Positions 20,406 through 42,456 are shown, numbered from the stretch's first letter. The stretch is 64,000 bases of DNA from Callorhinchus milii (GCF_018977255.1 NW_024704749.1:18848001-18912000); one strand, 5' to 3'. The notes: generated by a model from the letters alone, not told the origin. Made by a program: numbers and translations.

Positions 20406-20957
20406 AGGAAACTGCACTCATTGAAAAAAGTGCTTGATGCTTTGATGGAAGGGAAGGAGATGAGATCAGAAAGGACTAAAGGCTTTCTTTGTCTGAACTA
20501 GTTTTGTTATCTTTCTTGCAAGATGATTGTCAGACATCCGTTTAGTTCTGTCAGTATATCCTGGTTGTTCCTAGAATAACTATGCAAGTATACCAGGCTT
20601 GTTTTCATGGCTATGTGTACGACTTCTATTCTGCAGCCCTATGCGATTTGATTATCATGTAACTGAATATTCTTTGCATTTAACACAGCACCTTTCATGT
20701 CGGAGTGATGTCTCAATGCACCTCACAGGATTTACAGCCAAATTTGCACACAGCCATCTTCCACAAACAGCCACAAAGAGAATGATTCCATGACACTATT
20801 ATTAATAGTATTATTGGTAATAATAATAACTATGAATATTATTAATAATAATGATGATTATGTAGCGTCAGCCAAGACAATGCCCTCCTGTGACTCTGTC
20901 TTGTGTCTCTGTAGGGTCCTCTGGTTGCCGTTGACATCGTTGACGTCGTGTCAGATC

Positions 20958-21521
20958 ATGTCTGAAGACAAGTTCCATGACCTGGAGTGCACGATCTGCT
21001 TCAGTGATTACAACAATGGCTTCCGAGTGCCCAAGGTGCTGGAGTGCGGACACGTCTTCTGCCTGGAATGCCTGGCCCGGATGAACATGAAATCTCACGT
21101 GGCCGAGGCCATCCTATGCCCGATGTGTCGTGGCATTTCCCAGGTGCCCTTGGCCGGCTTGCCCAAGCTTAACAACGACCCCGCAATCCTGTCCGCCTTG
21201 CCCAACGACATGAAGAGGATATACAGCGTCCGCTTCAACCGCACCAAAGGCCGCCTCCTCATGCACAAGCCCAGATCCCAGATAAAGAAAAAAGTGTTTG
21301 TCAACTCGGTCAGTCAGACCCTAGACGTGAGCAACCCATCACAGCCCGTCATCTACAGTCTGCGCAAACGCATCTGCTGGCCACTGTCCAAGGCCAAATA
21401 CTGCCTCGCCACCTTCGTGATTATAGTTGTCACCCTTGCCCTCTTCTTCGTCTCCATCTGGGCTTTTAATCTTCCCCAGAACAACTCCAGCTCATGGAAA
21501 ACTACAAACAGCAACAAATAA
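20958..21521 (+). CDS. RING-HC finger + transmembrane E3 ligase, RNF183 family (RNF225-like), 187 aa
   Basis: Likely start MSEDKFHDLEC at 20958, after acceptor tctctgtag|20915. CTIC..PKVLECGHVFCLECLARM..CPMC. SVRFNRTKGRLL resembles RNF225 as recalled. TM helix YCLATFVIIVVTLALFFVSIWAF. Confidence 0.88.
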   Translation: MSEDKFHDLECTICFSDYNNGFRVPKVLECGHVFCLECLARMNMKSHVAEAILCPMCRGISQVPLAGLPKLNNDPAILSALPNDMKRIYSVRFNRTKGRLLMHKPRSQIKKKVFVNSVSQTLDVSNPSQPVIYSLRKRICWPLSKAKYCLATFVIIVVTLALFFVSIWAFNLPQNNSSSWKTTNSNK

Positions 21522-24500
21522 TTCCACTTTGCAGCATCATTGCCGTTGCCATAACCTGGGACCCCCGAGGGAGGGGCAAGGCCACTTTACATATTTTTAT
21601 AGTACTTCAGCACCTTGCGACGTCCTCCTGACGTGCCCTGCTCCACCGTACTGTTAGATATTCCTGGGCATGTCACCTGCCCAGGTAAACCTTGCTCAGC
21701 TTGGCACAGATATGCATCTCTGTTTGAATAGTGCCATAGAGTCTTTGATGTTCATTTGAAGAGACGAAGAAAGGAGCCTCGGTTTAAGGTCTCATCCAAA
21801 GAACGTCACCTCTGATAATGCATTGCACTCGACTGGTAGTCTGGACCGGGAGCTCAGAATTTCTGATGAGGGGATTTATTATATTATATATTATATTAAA
21901 TAACATATTAAAAAAAAATTGAAAAAAAAAGCACATTTACTTAGGTAAAACCTCAGCAGAACTGTGAAGGATAAGCGTGGGTGGGGTGGGGGGGGGGGTT
22001 ACTATAAAAGTATTTTGACAATTGTGTGAATTGTTGACAACTCATCTTAATCCTCTGTGGATGAGTCAGTCACCTGAAGTTGCGCACAGTTTGGCGAGGA
22101 GGCTATTCCATGCTTATCAGAGCCATCTACAGTGAGAGAGATTGCATTATGAGTAGAAATTCAGGGTCGTTCTGCTGACATTTTTTAAGTCAACGAAGGA
22201 TAGTTCTGCCTTCATCAACAACAGCAAAAAACAAATTACTCTTAATAATAATCTTGCATTTGATACAGCGCCTTATCACGTCTTTGAGACGTCTCAAAGC
22301 ACTTCACAGAATATATTGTAAAGTGAATTGACTGTATATTTTGTGGGTGATCATATAGCGCCTTTCATGTCAGGAGGATGTCCCAAGGCACCGGACAGTC
22401 AAGGATTTGGCCCCGAGCTGGCGTTTGGGTGAGAAAAAGAACACTGACACTTTTGGGTACAAATTCTGTTCAGAGATATCGGTCGTGCCTTTGGTGCCTG
22501 TTAAAGTCAGACTCCGCTACTGTCAAGTGCCCTGGGATGCTACACCACGTGAAGAGGGCTATATAAATGCAACTTGTTACTGTTGTTGTTGTTGTAAAGT
22601 CTCATTATATGGCTGACATTGTCTGAGGCTACACCAGAATGCTGAACGTAAGGTCTACGTTTGTAACTTAAAGTCTCTACCTGGCTCTCTTCAAAGCCAA
22701 TTGAGAGGACAGTGCGTTAGGAAAGAGAGAAATTCTGACACCTCAAGTCTATTATGCCCCACAGGTAAACCATGTGTTGACGTCTGTGAACAGATGAAAT
22801 TACAGATGCTCTTCAATCCATTGCATTGCAAGTCTAACCACATTATTAAATGTTTGCACGAGGTTTTCACATGCCACATAACTGAACCCAACCAACATAA
22901 CTGAGCTCTGCCTCTCCCCAGAAAGTCCAGCCGTGTCAAATTACTATTGTTAATAAACTATGTGTGTGTTTCCTTTCAGCTATGCAACTTTTCCTAATCA
23001 AAAGGGTTTATTTTGGGGGTTGGGGGTGGGGGGGTGGGAGCAGGGAGAGTGGGATTGTCAGTGAAGTGTCTGACACACAAGGAAACACATCACCGCCCTC
23101 GAGCCTCCAAACCATAATAGTAACAGCGTCAGTGGTGGCTTCCAATTGTCTGGAAGGGAATGAGCACTTGCTACCTAAATGACAACGTGACTCATCTAAT
23201 CGCGGAAGCAAGAGCCAAGGCTTGGGGCTGGGGGGGTGGTTCCCAGAATGTGCAGAATGACTTTCATGTAGTTATATGGGAGATGGGCCAGGTGGAGGAG
23301 GTGTTTGAAGACTCAGTGAATGAGATAGACTTTTACAGGTTTGTTTAAAGTAACTCTAGACGTTAACCAGCTAAAAACTGCACAGCCCGTCACTGTGAAC
23401 AAGATCCCTCTGCTTGTCCAGCTGGGATCTACTCACATTTTGAGAAACAAGCTGTTCCCGTCGTTACTGATGTTTGCTCCAATAAAACAGTTCCTCTCTG
23501 TATTGAATGGTCTCAGGCTCATTCCCGTCTCTGTCCACACTGAGTATGTTTCTCAACAGCACCAAGTTACACTTATACAAAGCCTCTCATGGAGTTATAT
23601 GGGAGATGGGGCATTTTGAAGACGCAGTGAATGAGATAGATTTTTACAAGGTTGTTTAAAGTAATCATAATAATCCTTGCATTTGCTCTATCACGTCTCA
23701 CAGGATTTTACTATGAAGTGGAGTGACTGTATTTGTAGGCCAACACAGCAGCACAATCGCACACAGCAGTGTCCCGCAAACAGCCACGGAGTGAGCCAGT
23801 AATTTTACTTGGGGGATTAATGGCCAGGACACCGGGAGAGAGAACCTCCCTTCTCCTTTCAAATCCTGTCATGGGATCTTCAAGTTTGGTTTAAAGTCAC
23901 ATCTGAAGGACGGCACCTCTGGCCATATAGCACCTTGACCCCAGCACTGCATTGGAGCATCAGCCCAGGATGTACAGATTGTGCCCTGATCAATATTTAT
24001 TCCCTGATTCTAGTTACTTTACCAGCTGTTCCTGCTGTTTCCCCAATGTGTGTGATATAAGGAACACTCCTCTGTTCGCTCACACACCTGTCTCAGTGCT
24101 GCTCTTTGCAATCCCCCCTTTCTCCCTCACCGTCTCCAAAAACAACTCTGCCATCTATTGCCGCTGTGTTTCCCAACTAACCAGGTACCTATGTGTCTGT
24201 GCCGGGGAGGTGAAGGGTCACCAGATCCTGCCCTCTCCTGCTCCCATCTCTGTAGATTACGGGTGCAACGGAGTGGCACTGAGACACACCTGAGCTGGGA
24301 GAGAGAAAGAGAGACAAGCGTGCGGGTTACAATTCATCTGATTAAACAGGACATCAGAACCTGTACAACCTGTTTCTCCGGCTCAGGTGTACCACGTGAT
24401 ACAGCTTAGGAGCCGTGAGGAGAGCTTGTATTTCCTTGAGAAGAAAGGGGGAAACTTTCAATATCAGTTCCTTGTGTTGAGAGCAATGATTCGCTCCCGT

Positions 24501-25418
24501 GGACACCGCTGGATTGAGTCGGGCAAATTAATTGTGGAGACGAGGATTGGGATTAATTCCTCAGTGGCCTAGTCACTCGACGTGAGGAAGCCGGGTGAGC
24601 GTGGGCAGTCTGCACAGAGAGACCCTAACTGCTTCAGGCAGTCATCAATCTAAACTTGTGCGCCTGAAACAACGCAGTGCCTGTCCGTTTGTGTGTGCGC
24701 TTGTGCGTGTGTCGGGGGCTCCAGGGACTGGAGACAAGCTTATGACTTGTGGGACTGAGAAAGATGATATAATAATAATCCTGCATTTGATATAGCGCCT
24801 TCTCACATCCTTGAGACGTCTCAAAGTGCTTCACAGAATAGATTGTAAAGTGGAGTGACTGTGTATTTTGGGGGTGAAACATGGCAGGTGAGTTGTCTCA
24901 TTCACAAACAGTCGTGGATCGCGTCACCCAATTATTTTTTGGAGAGATTATTACGCTGGGAAAGCGATCTGCCAATCGAATAACAACCGGGTTCCTACTT
25001 ACTGCGAGGTAAACAGAGCCGTGTGGAGTAACGAAACTTGCCTAAGGTTTCACCCCGCCCGGGAATCGAACCTGGGTCCTCTCGCTGGTGAGGTGAGAAC
25101 ACTAATCACTACACTACGGGACTCCAAAATCCCAAGCAACGACAGAGAGTGGGATAGCTCTCTTCCAGAGGCACGAAGGGCAGGACTCTGCGGCACAGAA
25201 ACCGGTGCGAAAGCGTGAGGTGCGATCAGCCCGACCGTCTTACTCTGGTTCCCCGAGAGCTTCGCACAGAGAAGGCTGCAGATCGTCAAGCGCTCGTGGT
25301 CGCACAGGGGTCCGGGTTCTATCTGCCGTGACATTGAGGGGCTCCGCTTGGTGTTCACCCCCCACCATCTCCCCACTGCGCCCACAACCGGCCACTTACT
25401 TCACTGCGTCTCGCTGCG

Positions 25419-25979
25419 ATGCTGCAGGGAAATGACCCCGGGGAACCCGAGTGTGTGATTTGCTGGAATCGCTATGACAATGCCTTCCGGATGCCCAAGG
25501 TGCTGGAATGCAAACACACCTTCTGCCTGGAGTGTCTGGCCCGCATGAGCCTGGCCTTCGTGTCGGAGTCGGCCCCGGAGGTGTCCTGCCCTCTGTGCCG
25601 GCAGTTGACCGTGCTGGGGCCGGGCCGGCAGATCACAGGGCTCCCGGCCAATGCCGACATCCTGCGCCACTTGCAGCTCGAGCCCTTCAACGTGCTGCTG
25701 GACCGCGGGCGACTGGTCTACAAGGGCTCGAGGAAAGCTCACTTCCTGCTGCACCGGCCCACGGTCTACACCCTCAGCCTCGATGTGGAGAGGCAGCGGG
25801 ACCTCTCCCTGTCCCCGGGGGGAGGGGACGGGGCTCCCGGCCGGAGATTCCTGCGGAAATGCTGCCAGAGCGTTCATCTCCGGGCCTTGACGTACGTGCT
25901 GATCAGCGTGTTCGGGATCTCCATCTTCCTGATTGTCTCCTTGTTCTGGACCAAGCAGATCTTGTGGGGGATGGGCTGA
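25419..25979 (+). CDS. RNF183: E3 ubiquitin ligase RNF183 orthologue, 186 aa
   Basis: CVICWNRYDNAFRMPKVLEC.H.FCLECLA, CPLCRQ.TVL, LQLEP, PTVYTLSL and the C-terminal FWTKQILWGMG match human RNF183 (..FWTKQFLWGVG). Same position and orientation between WDR31 and PRPF4. Confidence 0.92.
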   Translation: MLQGNDPGEPECVICWNRYDNAFRMPKVLECKHTFCLECLARMSLAFVSESAPEVSCPLCRQLTVLGPGRQITGLPANADILRHLQLEPFNVLLDRGRLVYKGSRKAHFLLHRPTVYTLSLDVERQRDLSLSPGGGDGAPGRRFLRKCCQSVHLRALTYVLISVFGISIFLIVSLFWTKQILWGMG

Positions 25980-27802
25980 GCTGAGCCAGCGAGCGAGCGA
26001 GCTTGCGAGGTGAGGCTGACGAAAGTCATGGAGCAAAAGACCAAACACTCACTCTCGGGCAGAGTGAGGCACTGGATGATTCCGCTCTGCCGGCTACTTT
26101 GGAAGCAACTCCGCGGCCCGAGCCGCTCTCTCTTGTGTTGTATTTGAATTTGTTTTTTCATACAAAAGGCCGTATTATTTAGAACCTCACACGTACGGAC
26201 CAGGGGTGAGGAGCGGCTGCTCGGAGTGACAGCCACCTCCCTCACGCTTTGCTCCTGCCCCTGAGCTGTGCCCTTTGCTGTTAGCTGAACTTGTTGGGAA
26301 GAACCAGGAGACAAATCCCCTTTCATAAAAATATTAATAATCTTTACGTTCGATACGGCGCCTTTGGACGTCCTCCTGAAGCAAAAGGCGCTGTATCAAA
26401 TGTATTGTAAATTGTACTGTATACCGTAAATTGTTGTGACTGTGTATTTTCTTTGTACGGTGAGCGGGGGTGGGGTGGGGAGCAAACTCCTCAGTGGCTG
26501 CTTCCTGCCAAAAATACTAGACATAGGGACATTGGGAATAGGTCGTAAATTAGGAAACGTGCTCTGGGGAGCTGTGACCATAGATGATTGGATCAGAGGA
26601 GCCCAGGGAACAAGTTTACTAGAGGATAATAATAGTTAGTGCCAGACAATGACAAGCTATGTGGTTTCCAGCAGTTACCCAAACACAACACTCTGCAGTC
26701 TCCATGCCTCGACTCTTGCAAAATTGCACCAAATACTCTGCGGAATTAGGTAAGTGGGGTGGGATTCTCTGGGGAGAGTGCTCACTCATTCCATTTCGGA
26801 CAGAAGGAAATGTTAAAGAATATTCCAAATCCAAATACATGGATATTCTCAAGCGTGGTGATGGGTTTCTGTACGTGTCCGAGTCTGGCTGAGTTCCGCT
26901 GGAAATCTGGTGGATTGTTGGCCAGGACACCAGGAGAAACTCCCTTTGCTTATGTAAACCAAAATTGAGTGAGTGAACGGAAAGCTGTACGCATACACAC
27001 AGCACATCACATACCACAGCCTCCCATAACATAATCTTGAATTTGGTATAGCACCTATCACATCAGGACATCGCAAAGCACTTCACTGGATGTATTGTAA
27101 AGTGGAGTGACTGTGTGTTTGTAGGTGAATGTAACAGCCGATTTGCAGTTATACAAGCTTGTGATGTAGAAGTTGATGTTTGTTTCCCTGTGACTGTAAA
27201 GCACTAAGCAAATCTTAATTAAAAAACAATATGTGAAAGGAACCAAGCAGATGACATGTAATGAGTACAAGAGTCTTAAGTATTGATTTGCAGCAGTAAT
27301 AGAAATGACTGGAGCTTCCAACTATCAAGGCTGAAGTTTTGAACAGAATTGATCTCAAACCACACTCCGCTACATTTTTCTTTGCGCACTTAACATGGGA
27401 AAATTTGGAATTGATCACCAGGAATCAAAATTCTGAGCTGTCAGGGTTAGGCAGTCAGATGTTTTAACAAACCTTTACTCCAGCATTATCACGTCTTCAA
27501 GACGTCTATAAGCGCTTCGCAGAATATACTGTAAAGTGAATTGATTGTGTATTTTGTGGGAGAAACAAGGCAGCCAATTGTGATGAATGATTCAGGATTG
27601 CGATGAAGCAGTAAAGACGAACAGTAGAGAACACGCAGTAAATGAAAACTGCTGGTCGGACTCGTAAAAAATAAAATATAAAATAAAATTGCATTTGGAG
27701 GGCATTGCAAAGCGCTTCGCAAGATATACTGTAAAGTGCAATGACTGTGTGTTTTGTAAGTGAATAGTTTAGAATGACGAAGTGTTTTTTTTTACAAAAG
27801 TA

Positions 27803-27808
27803 TTTATT
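27803..27808 (-). terminator. Candidate PRPF4 polyadenylation signal AATAAA
   Basis: First canonical minus-strand AATAAA I found downstream of the PRPF4 stop (~0.8 kb 3' UTR). Confidence 0.45.
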
Positions 27809-28615
27809 ATACAAAGGTGGTGGGGATAATAAAAGGCTGATCACCCATATTCACAAACGCGATAGTTGCGTGTTTAACTAGCCGAGTGAACCTGAGTCAC
27901 TGACCCGCTGGGGTTCAGCGTGGTGCGAGCCCCCAGGACGCTCCTGGGTGGTTTACATTTCAATACTCGAACGGTCACCTAGAGCCCTGCAGATTGATGC
28001 AAGTTTGTGTTCCTGGCGGTGCTCAGGCTCAGCTCTGCTTCAACAATCAAACCAGCAGCAAAGGCAACACTCGCGAGCCTGACTGCAGGAGAGGTGAGCT
28101 GTGATCTGCCCCATTGCTTAAGTTCTGCTTGTATGAACCGGTTGGTGGGAAAACCGTAAATAAATCCAGTGAAAAGGATGGGACCTTTGATCCTCAAAAG
28201 GTCTTACTGTACGCTTCGGAGATGTGCGGTTAAGAGCACGCAAACCCCAGTGCGGAATTTGTTTAGTTTCCATGGCGGGGTTTCAGCAAGCACCACAGCT
28301 GAAGGAAAGGCTGAATTAGGTTTAGGTTTTATGTAAATATAAGTTTCTGTTCAACCAACGTGGCTTTAGGGGAAGGTCAGGAAACCAAACAAGTTTCAAA
28401 CTCCCGTCTTTTATCACTGAGAGAAAGTTAGAGAGAGAGAGTGCGGTACCTCGGCAACCACTGTATACAAGAATCTGACTGCACACAGGAGTCAGGCAAC
28501 AGAGCTGAGGGAACCATGGCCAGGTGCCATCGAGTGCGTTGTGTTTTGGCTGCAACACCTGCCCCACTCCCGCCCCGCTATGGCAGCTTGTCACCAGATC
28601 CTGCTGATGTCCTGT

Positions 28616-38453
<9,838 letters not shown>

Positions 38454-40198
38454 CTTGTAAATCGGGTGATGTAACTGCAAAAATAATAATAATTCTGGCA
38501 TTTGATGCAGCATCTTATGTGTTGTTGAAACGTCTCAAAGCGCTTCACAGGAGATATTGTAAAGTGGATTGACTGTGTATTTTGTTATTATTATTAAATG
38601 AAAAAGACATCCCTCCCCAAATACACAAAATCAGCCATTCGTTCACAATGGCCATTCGTTCACAACCTAGATTGCAGTTAGAATATGATTCTCAATTTGG
38701 GAAAAGTTGACATTTCTGTCTGCGCAAACAACTTACATTTATATAGCGCTCCTCACGCAGAGTAGCTCTACACTCATCGTGATTGCTGGGAAATAGCACT
38801 TTCCAACTTAAGGTACAGTGACAGCACGAAGACAAATCACAAGCTCGATGCAGAGTGAAGCTCATTATGCACAAAGTCGTTAAACACTCCCTGGCACTGT
38901 TCGGTTTGGTTAAGTGGTCCGACACGCTACCCCACATGAAGGGCCCTGTTGTTATTGGATGTCGAATAAAATGCCCTCAATGTTGCTTCACCCAACAGAA
39001 ACTCCCAAATCAGAAACTGAGTGGATAATCTGGTCCAAAACTTCAGCGCGGTACTGAATTGCTGGAGGCAGCATCCTTATAAAATATTAAACCAAAGAGG
39101 CTGCTGCGGAAGCTCATGGCGGCACAAAAAGATCCCATGGAACTTTAACCAAGAACAGGCTGTTTGTTCTCTTGCTTTCCTCACTAACTCTCTTCCTGAA
39201 TCCGAATTGACAATTGGTCATTTATCTCCAATCCATTTGTGAAAGATGCCGGCACCGATTAACTTGTGCGTAACAACCATAAATACCCTCAAGTAAATCG
39301 TTATGTGAAGCATTAGCATTTCAAGCTTTTCCATAATGGTACGCACGCACAGTACATAATGAAGTGGTATTTATTTTACTATGAGATGCAATAGTAAAGC
39401 TCCCTCTGCATCTCCCCATCCAGCACTCCCGAAACAGGTACAGCCTCACTAGTCCTCTCTCCCCCCCCCCCCCAGTGTACCATAACCCTTCCCCTTTTGC
39501 ACTACAGTACTGGAAAAGAGTAGGAAGGTGATCCTTGGCCGACAACCACCTCCTGGATAGAAACTGTGGGACACAGCTGTGTGCAAATTGGCTGCGACAA
39601 CAACGACGACGACAACCGACCAAAATCACTGCACTTTGCTGTTAAAAAAAAAGAACCCGGAGCGGCGCAGTGTCCCGCAAAGTCTTGGGACGGATATAAT
39701 TTTATTCGCGTTCGGGTGAAAGGCGGCGTTACACCGAGTGCCAGTCTTATTGAATGACGAATATAAATCCTGTGGGGACCCCCGACCCCGACCCCACCGC
39801 CGTCTCCCTCCCTCTCCCTTTACCGCAGCAAAGGCGGAGGGGTGGTGGGTGGGTGGGGGGTGGGTGTGAACCTCTCATTTCCTCCACCAGGTCACGGTCT
39901 TGAGCGGGAAGTTTAATTCGTTGGTGCCGCAAGAACCGAGGAACATGAACCCTCCCCGACACACAAAAAAACACAGCACATGTCACGCTGCGGATACCGA
40001 GCGGCACCGGAGACAGGAGACTCCCACCCTCATGGGGGCGGGGGGCGGGGCTGCTCCACGCTCTCGGGCCTGAGCGGTAGTTTCAGGCCTCGGGCTGCGC
40101 TGACCGACCGACCGACCGCAGCCTGCGAGCTGAGCGCCGGGACGGAGGGGGGCGGTGGGGCGGGACGGCGATGAAGCCGGTTCTCCTCTCGCCTCACC

Positions 40199-40730
40199 TG
40201 AGTCTCGCTCAGCTCTCCGCGGCTCCCCGTTCCTCTCGCCGTTCCCGCCGCCGACGCCGTCGCTACGGTTCGCCAGTGCCTTCCGGGTCGGAGGTTGAGA
40301 AGGGATAAAGGGGGGGGGGGGGGGCGCGCCGCGAAGGCCGCCGGGAGTTGGTGTTCCTTTCTCCCCGGGCTGGCTGGCGCGTACGTCACTTTGGACTACG
40401 CGTCCCGGCGTGCCTGGCGGCTGCGCGTGCGCACAAAGCAAGCGCGGTGCCGGGAGAACGCTGCGCTCGAATCGCTGGAGACTACAAATCCCGGCAGCCA
40501 GTGGGGCAACAAACACGCGCGCGCACGCGAAGACGCTCGCTCTGCCGGGGGCGGGCACTCCCACGGCCCAGCGCCTGTCGGGAGTTGAAGTCCCCCCCCC
40601 CCCCCCGCGCGATATTGGAACGACACGTCACAGCGTGCGCCGACCCCCGACGCATGCGCGCGTTGCCGGGCGTCCTGTCGCCGAGCTTGCGGGCCGGAGC
40701 CCGAGCCCGAGCCCGGAGCCGCCATGTTGC
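40199..40730. promoter_or_regulatory. Bidirectional CpG-island promoter of PRPF4 and CDC26
   Basis: Head-to-head genes. ZNF143-type ACTACAAATCCCGGCAGC at 40481-40498 plus variants at 40395-40414, 40336-40355(-) and 40573-40591(-). NRF1 TGCGCGTGCGCA at 40422-40433 and CGCATGCGCG at 40651-40660. ETS CTTCCGG at 40280-40286. YY1 GCCGCCATGTT over the CDC26 ATG. Confidence 0.88.
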
Positions 40731-41617
40731 GGAGGAAACCCACCCGCCTGGAGCTCAAACTGGACGACATCGAGGAGTTCGAGAGCATGAAGAAGGAGCT
40801 GGAGGTGAGGAGGGATGGGCGCCAGGAGGCTTCGGGCCTTCCGGCTTCCTTCACCTGCGCGCGTCTTGAGTCCTCGGCCTGAGGCGGGGGGCGGGGGGGG
40901 GGGGGGGCGGTGGTGGGGGGTGGAAGGCCCGGCCCGGCCCGGCCCGGCCCGGGGGAGACTCCTGGTTGGCTTACAAACCGCTCAATGGCCTCGCTGGTCC
41001 CCCAGTCAGTCCAGTTCACTTCCAGATCTCAGGGACATTGCCCACTTCCCCCCCACTCACCCCCTCCGGAGGGTCAGTCCGGGGCCTGGAACTGAACTGA
41101 CTCAAGTCATGATGGGTTTTTTTTTCGACAGCACCGGTTTAGGGGTAATTATAATCAACCTTTCCGGGGGGGTAATGATCCCTTCCCCCACCCCCAAAAA
41201 AAAAAATATTGGTCACTCAACCCGCGGCTGTTTGTGGGGACGCTGCTGTGCGCGATCGGCCGCCCGCGTTTTGCCCACAAAATGCACAAGTCATTTATTT
41301 CACTTCACGCAGTGTATTCTGTGAAGCACTTTGAGACGTCTGAACAGATGCGATAACGCACCATATGGAATGCAAGGCTTCTTCTTTCTGTTATGAATTG
41401 CTGTAGAGGAACGTCTCTCAACGTTTCTCGGTTGTTGTTGTTGCAGAATCAGAAGAGGCAGCAGCGGGAGGAGGGGGAGCTGGTCAGCCCCAGTGAGATG
41501 GACAGTACGAACGGGGCCAGGGACGAGGCCAAAGTCCGAGAGAAGATCAACGAGCGGATTGGATATCGTCCCAATCCTCACATCAAACCCTTCTCATTGT
41601 TTGGGAATCTTCATTGA
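40724..41617 (+). CDS. CDC26: APC/C subunit CDC26, 83 aa
   Basis: Exons 40724-40804 ([27 protein letters not shown]) and 41447-41617 (..[17 protein letters not shown]). Kozak gccgccATG. AATAAA at 41968-41973 and ~42641. Confidence 0.96.
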
Positions 41618-42059
41618 TGACCCGGTGCCCAGCAGCAACCTGCTCACGGCAGCGGTTTCAGGAATGTCCCAACCTGGGTTCGCTCACGCAAAAATGTGGA
41701 ACAGGCTGAGCTCCAGCGATGATCTGTGAGGCTGGTGAAGAACTGCCCTTCCCTGTGGAGGACATTGGTTACAATGGTAGAAAGACTTATCTCCGGGAAT
41801 ATCCATCACAAAGTGTCTTTAAACCCAGTGCTGAGCTGAACTGATTTTACTTTGTTTAACGAAAAGGACTTGCAGTGTATCAGCACCTTGGGATAAGCCA
41901 CTCTGCCTGATTCAAGGAAATTAATACACCATCCACTCAGGTAGTGGATTGCAGGGTTACGTCCATTAATAAATGGTCTCCAGTGATTATATGTCTGTTA
42001 ATTCTGCTTGAATTATCTTGTCATTCAGTGGGGGTGCAAACACTTGCTGTGTTTTTCTC

Positions 42060-42456
42060 TAGTGGTAGCACTCTCGCCTCCGAGTCAGAAGATTGTGGAT
42101 TCAAGCCCCCGCATGACACTCCAATGCAGTGCTGGAGTGTCGCATTGTCAGCGTCCTTGGTATAGAATGCTATACCGAGGCCCCATTTGCCTATTCAGGT
42201 GGACATTAAAAGATCCTGTGGCACTTTTCAAACAGTGTAGGGAGTTTCTCTTTCCCAGTGTCCTGGCCAACAATCCCCCAAATAAAATTGGTCACTCACG
42301 CCATGGCTGTGTATGGGACATTACTGTGCGCAAACTGGCTGCCGTGTTTTGCTCACAAAATACACAGTCAATCCACTTTACAGTATATCCTCTGAAGAGC
42401 TTTGAGATGTCGCGACCTGATAAGGCGCTATATCAAATTCAAGGATTACTATTACT
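42060..42456 (+). mobile_element. Near full-length Deu-domain SINE (head type A)
   Basis: tRNA-like head, Deu-like core and shared tail ..GGCGCTATATCAAATTCAAGGATTACTATT. Confidence 0.85.

Noticed and set aside
20790-20957. 56-aa hydrophobic N-terminal extension on the second RING ORF
   Set aside because: It derives from AT-rich low-complexity sequence upstream of a good splice acceptor (20914). The ATG at 20958 fits the family architecture.
25401-26326. Antisense and alternate-frame ORFs over RNF183 (likewise 15121-15741 over the RNF223-like gene)
   Set aside because: Shadow ORFs of GC-rich coding sequence with no recognisable domains.
39980-41324. Several overlapping 120-207 aa ORFs
   Set aside because: Stop-poor CpG island. 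Only the CDC26 exon is supported.
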